Below the pieces are notes generated by a model. It had not been told where the DNA came from. It saw nothing but the letters and a program-made list of their open reading frames with translations, and did not search any database. The translations under genes and the position numbers were made by a program. A stretch of 64,000 nucleotides of DNA from Escherichia coli (lineage in GTDB: Bacteria; Pseudomonadota; Gammaproteobacteria; Enterobacterales; Enterobacteriaceae). The stretch lies in the NCBI RefSeq assembly GCF_050920415.1, contig NZ_CP169309.1, one strand, 5' to 3'. Positions 27,106 to 37,892 of the stretch are shown one piece after another. Numbering within the stretch: position 1 is the first letter of the stretch; each line of letters opens with the position of its first letter.

Positions 27106-29063
27106 ATGACAGACATTACAGCCAATGTTGTAGTGAGCATGCCTTCGCAACTCTTTACTATGGCCCGCTCTTTTAAAGCCGTAGCTAATGGTAAAATTTA
27201 TATCGGTAAAATTGACACTGACCCGGTAAATCCTGAAAACCAGATTCAGGTTTATGTAGAGAACGAAGACGGCTCTCACGTTCCTGTTTCGCAACCAATC
27301 ATCATTAACGCTGCTGGATATCCGGTATATAACGGACAGATTGCCAAATTCGTAACTGTGCAAGGCCATTCTATGGCTGTATATGATGCGTATGGTGCAC
27401 AGCAGTTCTATTTTCCTAATGTGCTGAAGTATGACCCTGATCAGTTTAAGCAGCAGTTAGAAAGCGATGCTGATGGAATGGGAGATGCATTAGTTACAGT
27501 TAAACAACCGTACACTGGTGCTACTTCTATTTCACAGCACATTAAAAATTCACAGGCTATAAGTGTTATTGATTTTGGCGCTACAATTGACGGAACGCTT
27601 CACCCTTTAAGCGAGATATTTTCAACACTATCAGCCGCTCAGATGGTATATCCATTTGTTTCATCTCTATCTCAATCTGTTGATTATGCTGCGCTTCAGT
27701 CCGCATGTAACACGGGAAAAACAGTGCTTATTCCAAAGGGAACTGGTTACTATAATTCAACTATTTTTCTGAAAAACTCCGTCAGGATTGTTGGAGAGGG
27801 AACTGATACAATAAATAGAGCGCAATCATTTATGTCTATTGTTGGTAATATTTCAGCCTTTGCTTTAGATCAAGGTGATTCACTATCGACAAAAATGATT
27901 CAGATTTTTATTGATGGTCTTTATATTTTCTATGATCCAGGAACCACACCAACGAATCCTGAAGATGATGGTGGGAAAATTGCATTTAATTTCTACTCGA
28001 CAATTCCAAATTCAACAAGCTTGGAAATGTCTGAAATTAAAAACTGTACAGTTCATGGTGCATGGTCATGCTTTAATGATCAGACTGGCACATACTTGAC
28101 AAAACTTACGAATGTGTGGGCCAGAAACTGCCATAATGGTTTTACAAAAGGAACTGGCACTACCATTCTGATGGAAAGATGTTATACATCTGGATGTATA
28201 TCACCATATCAGTTTGGTTCTGTCTTTGCAGCTACAATGATTAACTGTGCCATGGATGGATCAAATATTTCGTTAAACGCAGGTTCGCTTGGTGGGGCTG
28301 GCGTTCATGTTCTTAACACACATAGTTTTAACATTATTGGTTTTGATGCGGAGGGTAACACCATCTCTACAGATGGTTATGGAGAGGCAGCACTATTCCA
28401 TTTCGAAAATAGTAGTGGTGGCATTTCTGGCCTGACTGCACATCAGAACAGCATGCGAAGTGTTGCGCCAAGTGATGCTGGTGTAGTTTCCTACATCAGG
28501 GCGTCAGGTAGCAGCGATGTAAAATTGAGTCATCAGAAGATGATTTATCTGACACCAACACAGTTGCATATACTGGGTCTGGGTATCCCATCATGCTACA
28601 TGCAACTGACACAGCTAAAATAAGCGTCTTTAATAGCAGATTCAGGGCGACTACCACTGGTACCCCTGTCTTAAGTACGCTAAGTACTGGTGATGTATCA
28701 TGGTATGACTGCCCTAAAAAAACAGGACTTATCGTAGATGGTTATTCACAAATAACATCTAAGGAAGGATTGCAAACATCATGCTTCTATACCAGTAAAG
28801 GCTCTACTGCTGTTGCTGAAAATACTCCGACAACACTTTTCTCTCTACCAGATTCGCAAGGTACTTACATTATTAGCGTATGGGGGGCTGGAAGCGGAGA
28901 AAATTACGCATCTACACAACTGGCAATGTATGATGGAGATAAGCTAATTCTTGTTGCGTTAAAAATAGCAGCATTTCTTAGTTTTTCAGCAACAGGGAGA
29001 ATTGTAACCATTACAAGCCAGGGCACAGGCACTTTTAATTGGACCTACACAAAAATAGGTTAA
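27106..29063 (+). pseudogene. gp9: Tailspike (P22 gp9 family head-binding domain plus a different receptor-binding body), split by a 1-nt frameshift
   Basis: N-terminus [59 protein letters not shown]...NVLKYDPDQ is the conserved P22-type particle-binding domain. Frame 1 stops at 28623. Frame 3 is open from 28512 to 29063. The total span of 1958 nt is 3n+2. Confidence 0.8.
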
Positions 29064-29134
29064 TATATTTTGAACTATCTACGTTATTTAGTTCGTTAAG
29101 TAGACATAGGGCGGTTATCTCTGTTGCTGGTGAG

Positions 29135-29180
29135 AAAAAAATGAGAAACACAAAGCTTTGCACTGTATTGCAAGGCTTTG
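29135..29180 (-). terminator. Rho-independent terminator downstream of int
   Basis: On the minus strand: CAAAGC-c-TTGCA-atacag-TGCAA-a-GCTTTG followed by TGTTTCTCATTTTTTT. Confidence 0.6.
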
Positions 29181-29206
29181 CGCTCTTCGATAGTGGTTAA
29201 GGTGGA

Positions 29207-30364
29207 TCACTCCACCTTTTCATCAATCCAATCCGCCCACCACTGCATCATTTCTCTGCGCTTATCGAGATACTGAGCATGGTTGTAAATTCCGCGCACA
29301 GATCCGCCGTTGGCATGTGCCAGTTGCACTTCAATAGCATCAGCAGGCCATTCGTGCTCGTTCATAATCGTGCTGAATTCATGCCTGAATCCGTGACCGC
29401 TTTCCAGACCTTCATAGCCGATTTGTTTGATCACAAGCAGTACCGCGTTCTCGCAGATTGGCTTCTTCTTATCGTTGCGCCCGGCAAAAACAAACTCTGA
29501 TACTGGTTTGGTGATTGAGCTTAGCGTAGTGAGAAGTTCAACCACCTGGTCCGACATCGGGACAACATGAATCTTGCGTCCCTTCATCACACTGGCGTCG
29601 ATAGTGATAATCCTGTTTTCAAAATCGACGTTCTTCCATTGCATGGAACGAAGCTCTTTCGTTCTTAGGGCTGTGTAGCGTAAAACTTTGGTCGCAATGA
29701 GCGATACGATACTTCCTGAAAATGTTGCCAGTGCTTTGTTGAATGCAGGGATCTGGTCTGCAGGAAGAAACGGGAAGTTCTTCTTGCGGTATCCCTTCAT
29801 GGCGTCAGCAAGGTCAGGTGCCGGGTTATATTTAGCCCTTCCGGTGACAATAGCGTAACGGAAAACCTCGCCGCATCTTCTGCGTGCTTTGTTGGCTCGC
29901 TCCATTGCACCGCGATCTTCAAATCTGCGGATTACTTCCAGAAGTTGCATCGGCTCAATATCCTGAATTTCAAGGCTGCCGATGATAGGTAAAATGTCGT
30001 CATCAAACATTTTGGCAAGTTCAGTTGCATAGCCTACTGACCAGACTTGCTTCTTGTGCTCGTACCATTCCTTGTAAATCGCACTAAAGGAATTGTTGTT
30101 AGACGAAGCCTTTTTCGCCTTTACCGGATCGATACCAACCGAGATGTCTTTCCTCGCAGTCCATGCTTTATCCCTTGCCTCCTGCAAAGTCATAAGCGGA
30201 TATTTTCCGACGGTCAGGATTTTCTCCTTACCGTCAATCTTGTAGCGAAGCTGCCATACCTTTTTCCCTGACACAGGGACATAAAGGTACAGGCCATTAC
30301 CATCGAGAAGGCGGTATGGTTTTTCTTTCGGCTTTGCTGCTTCAATCTGCTTAACGGTGAGCAT
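29207..30364 (-). CDS. int: Tyrosine integrase, argW-specific (IntS/Sf6 Int type)
   Basis: 385 aa from MLTVKQIEAAKPKEKPYRLLDGNGLYLYVPVSGKKVWQLRYK.... Nearly identical to the remembered K-12 IntS. C-terminal catalytic HGFRH...Y region is present. Confidence 0.95.
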   Translation of the reverse strand: MLTVKQIEAAKPKEKPYRLLDGNGLYLYVPVSGKKVWQLRYKIDGKEKILTVGKYPLMTLQEARDKAWTARKDISVGIDPVKAKKASSNNNSFSAIYKEWYEHKKQVWSVGYATELAKMFDDDILPIIGSLEIQDIEPMQLLEVIRRFEDRGAMERANKARRRCGEVFRYAIVTGRAKYNPAPDLADAMKGYRKKNFPFLPADQIPAFNKALATFSGSIVSLIATKVLRYTALRTKELRSMQWKNVDFENRIITIDASVMKGRKIHVVPMSDQVVELLTTLSSITKPVSEFVFAGRNDKKKPICENAVLLVIKQIGYEGLESGHGFRHEFSTIMNEHEWPADAIEVQLAHANGGSVRGIYNHAQYLDKRREMMQWWADWIDEKVE

Positions 30365-30525
30365 GGGTAAAAATCCGGTGGGTAAAATTATTTTATCCAC
30401 TTTTTACCCGTCATGGTGTGCGGCTGTCAACGATCTGACGCGAACCATGACGAACTGTGAATCTACGGAAGGCTTGATATTCAGGGGATTTTGCGGACTG
30501 GTACGGATGGGAGCGAACTGATAAA

Positions 30526-30600
30526 TGGTGTCCCCTGCAGGAATCGAACCTGCAATTAGCCCTTAGGAGGGGCTCGTTATATCCATTTAACTAAGAGGAC
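30526..30600 (-). tRNA. argW: tRNA-Arg (anticodon CCU)
   Basis: The reverse complement reads GTCCTCTTAGTTAAATGGATATAACGAGCCCCTCCTAAGGGCTAATTGCAGGTTCGATTCCTGCAGGGGACACCA. 75 nt, cloverleaf, CCT anticodon, encoded CCA. Confidence 0.95.
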
Positions 30601-30675
30601 AATGCGGCATGAGTATACCCGCTAATGCTCAGCGGGGTAAGTACACTGCCGCTCGATTGCTTAAACCCTCGCCAT

Positions 30676-31608
30676 TTATGCCGGGTTTTTATCATTTTTC
30701 TTAATGTTTTCCGCACGTTCTGCTTTTTGTCGTGCTTCTGCTTTGCGCTTGTTGCTCATGTCGTTACGGATCTGTGCATGACTCATTAACGCGAATATAA
30801 AGGTGCCGCCGCAGATGTTTCCTGCCAGAGTAGGCAGCGCGAAGGGCCAGATGAAATCGCTCCAGTGCAGCGTGCCGTTAAATACCAGATAGAGGATTTC
30901 TACAGAACCGACAACGATGTGGGTGGTGTCTCCGAGGGCGATAAGCCAGGTCATTAATATAATCACTACAATCTTTGCCGCACCCGCTGCAGGAAACATC
31001 CATACCATAGTGGCGATCAGCCAGCCGGAAATGATCGCGTTGGCAAACATCTCACTGGGGGTGTTCTTCATCACATCCATGCCGATTTTTACAAATGCAT
31101 CGCGAGTTTCTTCATTAAAGATAGGCATATATTCAAATGCCCACGCCGCAATACCTGTCCCGAGAATATTCCCCAGCAGCACGACGCCCCATAACCGCAT
31201 AAGTAAGCCGACGTTGCTCATTGTCGGTTTTTGCATGACGGGTAGTACCGCAGTCACGGTGTTTTCGGTAAATAATTGCTGGCGGGCCATAATGACGATA
31301 ATAAAGCCAAAGGTATAACCGAGATTCTCCAGCAAGAAACTGCCCGGCACGCCTTCCAGTTCGACATGAAATATCCCTTTTGCCAGTAGTGAAGCGCCCA
31401 TCGACAGACCCGCCGCAATGGCTGACCACAGTAGCGCCATTGCGTCGCGTTCCAGCTCTTTTTCACCATCCTGGCGGATATGTTCATGAATTGCCATCGC
31501 CCGGGAGGGGAGTCGGTCTTCATCTATTTCTATTTTTTTGCCGCGTTCTTTTTCTTCGCTCTCAACTTCAATTTCGTCGCTGTGTTGATCAATTTTGTCG
31601 TTGTCCAT
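30676..31608 (-). CDS. yfdC: Formate/nitrite-transporter-family inner membrane protein YfdC
   Basis: 310 aa MDNDKIDQHSDEIEVESEEKERGKK.... Multiple TM segments. K-12 neighbour of argW. Confidence 0.9.
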   Translation of the reverse strand: MDNDKIDQHSDEIEVESEEKERGKKIEIDEDRLPSRAMAIHEHIRQDGEKELERDAMALLWSAIAAGLSMGASLLAKGIFHVELEGVPGSFLLENLGYTFGFIIVIMARQQLFTENTVTAVLPVMQKPTMSNVGLLMRLWGVVLLGNILGTGIAAWAFEYMPIFNEETRDAFVKIGMDVMKNTPSEMFANAIISGWLIATMVWMFPAAGAAKIVVIILMTWLIALGDTTHIVVGSVEILYLVFNGTLHWSDFIWPFALPTLAGNICGGTFIFALMSHAQIRNDMSNKRKAEARQKAERAENIKKNDKNPA

Positions 31609-31902
31609 GGTCTCTTCTCTTGAATTAGCACGTATAGCTAAAGCGTAGCGGCTTTTTTGCTCGCAACTGGCGGGAGTTACTCTGAAAATGTAGAAAAGGC
31701 TGTGTTTGCCTTTTTCTGTTTCTATAGAATCAAGTAGCCTACAGGGCGTCGATTACCAGGCTATGATCAAATCAGCAAATCAGGGCGTCTGGACATCAGT
31801 TGACGTGCTGTTACAATCGCCCACACCTAAACAGGCGGATACGGTATCGTTCCGTCATGGATGGCAAACTGCATAAGCCATAAAAAAAACAGGGAGACAT
31901 TT

Positions 31903-32658
31903 ATGAAGCTTCGCCTGTCGGCGCTTGCTCTTGGAACTACGCTTCTGGTGGGGTGTGCGAGTTCCGGTACAGATCAGCAAGGGCGTTCTGACCCATTAGA
32001 AGGGTTCAACCGCACCATGTACAACTTCAACTTCAATGTATTAGACCCGTATATTGTTCGACCGGTCGCAGTCGCCTGGCGTGATTATGTTCCGCAACCG
32101 GCGCGTAACGGTTTGAGCAACTTTACCGGCAACCTTGAAGAACCTGCGGTGATGGTTAACTACTTCTTGCAGGGCGACCCTTATCAGGGGATGGTCCACT
32201 TTACCCGCTTTTTCCTGAACACTATTTTGGGGATGGGCGGCTTTATTGATGTTGCGGGGATGGCGAACCCGAAACTGCAACGGACTGAACCTCACCGCTT
32301 CGGTAGTACGCTTGGTCATTATGGCGTGGGGTATGGGCCGTACGTACAATTACCGTTCTACGGAAGCTTCACGCTGCGTGATGACGGCGGTGATATGGCG
32401 GATGGTCTTTACCCGGTACTTTCCTGGCTGACCTGGCCGATGTCCGTGGGTAAATGGACGCTTGAAGGTATCGAAACCCGTGCGCAACTGCTGGATTCCG
32501 ACGGCCTGCTGCGTCAGTCGTCCGACCCATACATTATGGTGCGCGAAGCGTACTTCCAGCGTCATGATTTCATCGCCAATGGCGGCGAACTCAAACCGCA
32601 GGAAAACCCGAACGCGCAAGCGATTCAGGATGAGTTAAAAGATATCGATTCTGAATAA
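31903..32658 (+). CDS. mlaA: Outer-membrane lipoprotein MlaA (VacJ)
   Basis: 251 aa from MKLRLSALALGTTLLVGCASS (lipobox LVGC). The track ORF starts at an upstream in-frame ATG. Confidence 0.9.
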   Translation: MKLRLSALALGTTLLVGCASSGTDQQGRSDPLEGFNRTMYNFNFNVLDPYIVRPVAVAWRDYVPQPARNGLSNFTGNLEEPAVMVNYFLQGDPYQGMVHFTRFFLNTILGMGGFIDVAGMANPKLQRTEPHRFGSTLGHYGVGYGPYVQLPFYGSFTLRDDGGDMADGLYPVLSWLTWPMSVGKWTLEGIETRAQLLDSDGLLRQSSDPYIMVREAYFQRHDFIANGGELKPQENPNAQAIQDELKDIDSE

Positions 32659-32667
32659 GAAACAAAT

Positions 32668-32699
32668 AAAAAGGTGAGTCGCAAAACTCACCTTTTTTG
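32668..32699 (+). terminator. Rho-independent terminator after mlaA
   Basis: AGGTGAGT / cgcaaa / ACTCACCT followed by TTTTTT. Confidence 0.7.
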
Positions 32700-32837
32700 T
32701 TGTTATCCCTCAATTACCACAAGTAAAAGGAGACAAACCGACAATGACCCGGACGAATTATGTAAAAATACTGATGTTCGTCACTGACTGTTTCCGATAT
32801 TCAGACGTTGAAAAATCAAAAAACTGGACAAATAATT

Positions 32838-34037
32838 TTAATTATCATCAAAATTAACACCCAACGCAGAGAGTTGTTTAATTTCACTTTGATATTTCAT
32901 CTGGCGATTTTGAAGTCTTTTTTCAACTTTATCTTCGATTTCCTTAAACTGTTTATATTCATTTTGAGAGTTGTCAACGTCAACTTCGTTAGCGAATAAA
33001 GTAGAAATTATTTCTTTTACATTATCGCGTCTAAATTTTGCATCGTCCACTTGAAAATTGTATCTTATTGCTCGACCTAAACGTTTAAAAACTTCGTTAG
33101 GTTCTCTCAGTCTTTCCCCGTTGAGCTCGTTTACAACCTGATGATCGGAACCTGTTGCGAATGATTCTGCCATGATAGCTTTACTGCTTTCAAACCACGC
33201 TGAAGCATTCCTGGCGTTTTCACTACAATATTGGGTGAGACTATCACCATTAATACGAATTCCTCTTTGAATGTGGTAGTCGTCCTGATCGTAGTAACCG
33301 AGAGATAAGTAATCATTTCCGTTTTTATTTTTAATTACAATAGCGAGAGAGTCGCCTTTTTTATCTTTACCGTACCAGGTAAATAAGTCCGTTGGTTCGC
33401 TTTTCCCGCTCTCATCAAGTTTCGTTACCGTATGTCTGAGTTTGTGTGATATTTTATCGAAGATAAAACCAGGATTTCCATCATATATTTCTTTTATTGC
33501 GCTGAAGATCATTTCCTTGTTATGGATATCATGAGTATTCTCTACTACATTTTCACTGATGATGGTTTGACCGACTTTTTTGTTTTCATCGTTCGCAGGT
33601 GATTTTGTTGGTTCTTGATTATTAATACCAATAATACCATCATCAGTATATTCAGCATTATTTATATCATCATGAGTCTTCTCAACTATGTTGTCATTAA
33701 TGATAGTACGGACGAGTTCTTTGTCTTTATAGTTCGCAGATAATTTTATTGGTTCTTGGTTGTCGATACCAATAGTAATATAGTCTGTATCATTGGAGCC
33801 AATATCAATATAAGTAACTGAGGAATTATTGATAATTATTCTATCAAGTTCACCGGTTCCTCGTATGGCATTTTTTATAAGCTCAAGTAGATGTTTAATA
33901 CAGGTACTTATTCCTTCCTTGCCATTAAAAAGGTTTTTGAACTCTTGTACTAATCCATTAACTTCATTATTGTTATTTTCATTGGTGGATTCTGTGTAAG
34001 TTGGGCAGGTATTGTTGATTGAAACAGCTGGTAGCAT
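32838..34037 (-). CDS. yfdF: YfdF, AT-rich gene of unknown function; 399-aa allele with an internal 47-aa duplication
   Basis: N-terminus MLP..SINNT...NGLVQEFKNLFNGKEGISTCIKHLLELIKNAIR and C-terminus ...LSALGVNFDD match the remembered K-12 YfdF (352 aa). Low GC. Confidence 0.75.
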   Translation of the reverse strand: MLPAVSINNTCPTYTESTNENNNNEVNGLVQEFKNLFNGKEGISTCIKHLLELIKNAIRGTGELDRIIINNSSVTYIDIGSNDTDYITIGIDNQEPIKLSANYKDKELVRTIINDNIVEKTHDDINNAEYTDDGIIGINNQEPTKSPANDENKKVGQTIISENVVENTHDIHNKEMIFSAIKEIYDGNPGFIFDKISHKLRHTVTKLDESGKSEPTDLFTWYGKDKKGDSLAIVIKNKNGNDYLSLGYYDQDDYHIQRGIRINGDSLTQYCSENARNASAWFESSKAIMAESFATGSDHQVVNELNGERLREPNEVFKRLGRAIRYNFQVDDAKFRRDNVKEIISTLFANEVDVDNSQNEYKQFKEIEDKVEKRLQNRQMKYQSEIKQLSALGVNFDDN

Positions 34038-34355
34038 GATTTTATTCCACGTTGATTGATTTGTTGCAAATATATATTACCTAATAAAATAGACTATCAA
34101 AAAACGCTCATTTATTTAGAACCTATCTTTAATTTGAGTGTATGAGTGCATAATAGCCAGGGTGGTTTGAGTATCCTGGAAATTCAGAAAAGTAAACTCA
34201 TTGAGAAGGACGAGCAGAATGCCTGATAATCTGTCTTTCCCTTTAGGCCTGTCTGTGGATAACGCTTACAAATTTGCAAGGGCAAGCTGCCATCAGGCTG
34301 TTTGCAAAACTCAGGAGGCAAGCAATGAGGAAACTACTTTCGGTGAAGAGAGGGA

Positions 34356-34388
34356 GTTAAAGTCACCTGCATAGCAGGTGACTTTAAC
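34356..34388 (-). terminator. Large perfect hairpin downstream of fadL
   Basis: GTTAAAGTCACCTGC / ata / GCAGGTGACTTTAAC, a 15-bp perfect stem. No clear U-run, so terminator function is uncertain. Confidence 0.45.
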
Positions 34389-34403
34389 TAAGCTAACGCG
34401 TTA

Positions 34404-35744
34404 TCAGAACGCGTAGTTAAAGTTCGTCCCGAACAGCCAGGCTTTACCTTCAGACTCGAACTGATATGGGCCTTCGTTAATTTTCACGCTCTGGCCGTGC
34501 ATATAAGAAACACCAACGTCGACTGAAGCATCTTTATTAAATGCGTAAGTCGTACCTGCACTCAGCCAGAAACGGTCCTGGTCCGGAATGGAGATAGAAC
34601 GATTCTGTGCCGGAACTGGGCTGTCATCGAAGGCGATACCGGTACGGAAGGTCCAGTTATCATCGTAGTAATAAGTGGTACCCAACGCGATGCGGTAAGC
34701 ATCTTTAAAGCCTTCATGTTTCTGGAACAGCGTGTCGCCACTCGTTGATGTCGCTTTCAGTTGCTGGAACTGACTCCAGCTGGTGTAAGCCAGGCTATAG
34801 TGAATTGCCCACTGCGGATCAACACGGTTATAACCCGACACTTCCCACATTTCAGGCAGGTTCAGCGTCAGATAACCCGACTGCGTAGAGCCACCTGTCG
34901 CGGTAGGAATTGGCAAACCGTAGTTATTAAAAGCCGGGTTAAGATCGCTGCTGTAGTTACCCTTGAAGTCAATTTTCACTTCAGAGCGGTAGGTCAATGC
35001 GTAGCGGTTGTTTTTATCCAGTTCGTACAGGATCCCGGCGTTCCAGCCAAAGCCCCACTGGTTACCGTTCAGGTGAGCGATTTTGGTATTACTGTCGATG
35101 CCGTTGGCGGTAGCTGCTAATGCTTGCCCCTGAGGAGTCCGCCCAGCAGGAGATTGCATAATCTGACCAGCCACCAGTTGCCCCAGATCGCCTGCAAAAC
35201 GTTCAATTTTCGCACGAGCGTAGACGGCGTTGAAACCGAGACCAAAGCTCCATGCATTATTTAAGCGATACGCACCGCTTAAGTTCAGGTTCATGGTTTC
35301 GAGGTCGGTGGTACCACCGACAGAGCCGCCTGCATAAGTATCGTTAAACTCTGTCGCCAGACCATAGTTAGAGGTAATAGAAGCCCCCCAACCAAATTGG
35401 TCGTTAATCGGTGCAACAAAGTGCATGTTCGGAACCCATGCCGTAGGCGCGATATTATCGGCTTTCAGGCTACGACCAGACGGAGACGTTCCGCTGATAT
35501 TTACGTCCGGATCTATATAAACCGCACCCGCAGAAAATGTCGGGCGGTCAAACATGGTAATCAACGCGGGGTTACGGCTGACGTTACCTGCATCATCGGC
35601 AATAGCGCCTTCCCCTGAATAAGCCCGGCCCAGGCCAGAGGAAGAAAATTCGTTTAACTGAAAGCCTGCCGACCAGGCCTGGGTGGAGATAAGTGCCACT
35701 GCGACTGCGATAGCAGACTTTGTAAACAGGGTTTTCTGGCTCAT
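34404..35744 (-). CDS. fadL: Long-chain fatty acid outer-membrane channel FadL
   Basis: 446 aa from [47 protein letters not shown]...FGTNFNYAF. Confidence 0.95.
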   Translation of the reverse strand: MSQKTLFTKSAIAVAVALISTQAWSAGFQLNEFSSSGLGRAYSGEGAIADDAGNVSRNPALITMFDRPTFSAGAVYIDPDVNISGTSPSGRSLKADNIAPTAWVPNMHFVAPINDQFGWGASITSNYGLATEFNDTYAGGSVGGTTDLETMNLNLSGAYRLNNAWSFGLGFNAVYARAKIERFAGDLGQLVAGQIMQSPAGRTPQGQALAATANGIDSNTKIAHLNGNQWGFGWNAGILYELDKNNRYALTYRSEVKIDFKGNYSSDLNPAFNNYGLPIPTATGGSTQSGYLTLNLPEMWEVSGYNRVDPQWAIHYSLAYTSWSQFQQLKATSTSGDTLFQKHEGFKDAYRIALGTTYYYDDNWTFRTGIAFDDSPVPAQNRSISIPDQDRFWLSAGTTYAFNKDASVDVGVSYMHGQSVKINEGPYQFESEGKAWLFGTNFNYAF

Positions 35745-35829
35745 GACCATAACCTCAATGATTTATTTTTATACAAACTATGTTACGTACTGTAACAGGA
35801 GCGCGAAGTGTAGGGTCTGAGGTACATCT

Positions 35830-35870
35830 TAGAAATCAGACCAGTGGCGAGAGTATAGGTCGGACCAGAT
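35830..35870 (-). promoter_or_regulatory. Two FadR operator sites in the fadL promoter
   Basis: The minus strand reads ATCTGGTCCGACCTATACT (35870-35852) and CACTGGTCTGATTTCTA (35846-35830). Both fit the FadR consensus ANCTGGTCNGAYNTGTT. Confidence 0.65.
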
Positions 35871-36115
35871 GGAATGTTGCAAGTATGTTTCTATATTTTT
35901 TCAAATATGATCTAAGAAACGCGATCCAGCTGGCAAAATTTGGAGGTGGCGCACTCATGGATTCGGGTGAATTTTGTTTTAGATCATTTTTAAGTGTGAT
36001 TTCGGTCACTTATCCGATTTTGCAGAATTAACAACTGGAGCAGCACTTTCCGGAAGCGTAAAATATCCCCAACGTTTATCTGGCACCTTAGGTGCACATA
36101 CAGAGGAAATCAACG

Positions 36116-36400
36116 ATGAGTAAATGTAGTGCTGATGAAACCCCGGTTTGCTGCTGTATGGATGTTGGCACCATTATGGACAACTCCGACTGCACCGCGT
36201 CTTACAGCCGCGTGTTTGCAAACCGCGCAGAAGCAGAACAAACGCTGGCGGCGCTGACTGAAAAAGCCCGTAGCGTGGAATCCGAACCTTGCAAAATCAC
36301 CCCGACTTTCACTGAAGAGTCTGACGGTGTGCGCCTGGATATCGATTTCACTTTTGCCTGCGAAGCTGAAATGTTGATCTTCCAGCTGGGTCTGCGTTAA
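36116..36400 (+). CDS. yfcZ: YfcZ (UPF0381 family)
   Basis: 94 aa MSKCSADETPVCCCMDVGTIMDNSDCTASYSRVFANRAEAEQTLAALTEKARS.... Confidence 0.85.
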   Translation: MSKCSADETPVCCCMDVGTIMDNSDCTASYSRVFANRAEAEQTLAALTEKARSVESEPCKITPTFTEESDGVRLDIDFTFACEAEMLIFQLGLR

Positions 36401-36418
36401 TTCCTCTCGGGTATATAC

Positions 36419-36453
36419 GCCCCTGTCAGTTCCTGGCGGGGGCTTTTTTATTT
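36419..36453 (+). terminator. Rho-independent terminator after yfcZ
   Basis: GCCCC / loop / GGGGC followed by TTTTTTATTTT. Confidence 0.7.
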
Positions 36454-36537
36454 TCTCTTCCTCTTTTCTCTCTGTGTCATAGCTCCCACTTTCCCTTTTC
36501 TCCACTTGGCTAAATGTAAAAAAATGGTTAAGACTAT

Positions 36538-36554
36538 GATCAGGTCAGACCACT
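36538..36554 (+). promoter_or_regulatory. Candidate FadR operator upstream of fadIJ
   Basis: GATCAGGTCAGACCACT resembles the FadR consensus and lies about 30 nt upstream of the fadI start. Confidence 0.45.
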
Positions 36555-36581
36555 TTATTTATTTTTTTACAGGGGAGTGTT

Positions 36582-37892
36582 ATGGGTCAGGTTTTACCGC
36601 TGATTACCCGCCAGGGCGATCGTATCGCCATTGTTAGCGGCTTACGTACGCCTTTTGCCCGTCAGGCGACGGCTTTTCATGGCATTCCCGCTGTTGATTT
36701 GGGGAAGATGGTCGTAGGCGAATTGCTGGCACGCAGCGAGATCCCCGCCGAAGTGATTGAACAACTGGTTTTTGGTCAGGTCGTACAAATGCCTGAAGCC
36801 CCCAACATTGCGCGTGAAATTGTTCTTGGCACCGGAATGAATGTCCATACCGATGCTTACAGCGTCAGCCGCGCTTGTGCTACCAGTTTTCAGGCGGTTG
36901 CAAACGTCGCCGAAAGCCTGATGGCGGGAACTATTCGTGCGGGGATTGCCGGCGGGGCAGATTCCTCTTCCGTATTGCCCATTGGTGTTAGTAAAAAACT
37001 GGCGCGCGTGTTGGTGGATGTCAACAAAGCCCGCACGATGAGCCAACGACTGAAACTTTTTTCTCGCCTGCGTTTGCGTGACTTAATGCCCGTACCGCCT
37101 GCGGTGGCGGAGTATTCCACAGGCTTGCGGATGGGCGACACCGCCGAACAAATGGCGAAAACCTACGGTATTACTCGCGAACAGCAAGATGCGCTGGCGC
37201 ACCGTTCACATCAGCGTGCTGCTCAGGCATGGTCAGAAGATAAGCTCAAAGAAGAGGTAATGACCGCCTACGTTCCTCCTTATAAACAACCGCTCGCGGA
37301 AGACAACAATATTCGCGGCAATTCCACGCTTGCTGATTACGCAAAGCTGCGTCCGGCGTTTGATCGCAAACACGGGACGGTAACGGCAGCAAACAGTACG
37401 CCGCTGACCGATGGCGCAGCGGCGGTGATCCTGATGACTGAATCACGGGCGAAAGAATTGGGCCTGGTGCCGCTGGGATATCTGCGTAGCTACGCATTTA
37501 CCGCTATTGATGTCTGGCAGGACATGTTGCTCGGCCCGGCCTGGTCAACGCCGCTGGCGCTGGAACGCGCTGGATTGACGATGGCCGATCTGACATTGAT
37601 TGACATGCACGAAGCCTTTGCCGCCCAGACGCTGGCTAATATTCAGTTGCTTGGCAGCGAACGTTTTGCGCGCGACGTACTGGGGCGTTCCCATGCTACT
37701 GGTGAAGTGGACGATAGTAAGTTTAACGTGCTTGGTGGTTCCATTGCGTACGGGCATCCCTTCGCAGCGACTGGAGCGCGGATGATTACCCAGACATTGC
37801 ATGAACTTCGCCGTCGCGGCGGTGGATTTGGCTTAGTGACCGCTTGTGCTGCTGGTGGGCTTGGTGCGGCAATGGTTCTGGAGGCGGAATAA
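36582..37892 (+). CDS. fadI: 3-ketoacyl-CoA thiolase FadI (anaerobic beta-oxidation)
   Basis: 436 aa. Thiolase active-site context [13 protein letters not shown]-terminus [13 protein letters not shown]. Confidence 0.95.
   Translation: MGQVLPLITRQGDRIAIVSGLRTPFARQATAFHGIPAVDLGKMVVGELLARSEIPAEVIEQLVFGQVVQMPEAPNIAREIVLGTGMNVHTDAYSVSRACATSFQAVANVAESLMAGTIRAGIAGGADSSSVLPIGVSKKLARVLVDVNKARTMSQRLKLFSRLRLRDLMPVPPAVAEYSTGLRMGDTAEQMAKTYGITREQQDALAHRSHQRAAQAWSEDKLKEEVMTAYVPPYKQPLAEDNNIRGNSTLADYAKLRPAFDRKHGTVTAANSTPLTDGAAAVILMTESRAKELGLVPLGYLRSYAFTAIDVWQDMLLGPAWSTPLALERAGLTMADLTLIDMHEAFAAQTLANIQLLGSERFARDVLGRSHATGEVDDSKFNVLGGSIAYGHPFAATGARMITQTLHELRRRGGGFGLVTACAAGGLGAAMVLEAE

Noticed and set aside
28512-28623. 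Programmed ribosomal frameshift in the tailspike, and likewise in rusA at 4846-4849
   Set aside because: I see no heptameric slippery site with a downstream structure. Both sites are consistent with single-base loss at short homopolymers. Neither gene family is known to use recoding. Mutation or sequencing error is the better reading.
29207-30400. Integrase adjacent to the tailspike with no xis nearby, considered as a sign of rearrangement; also the longer 397-aa start
   Set aside because: In argW-type elements the 5' end of int faces the tRNA (K-12 argW-intS has the same layout). Integration therefore places xis and the early genes at the far end, outside this window. The 385-aa MLTVKQ start matches IntS.
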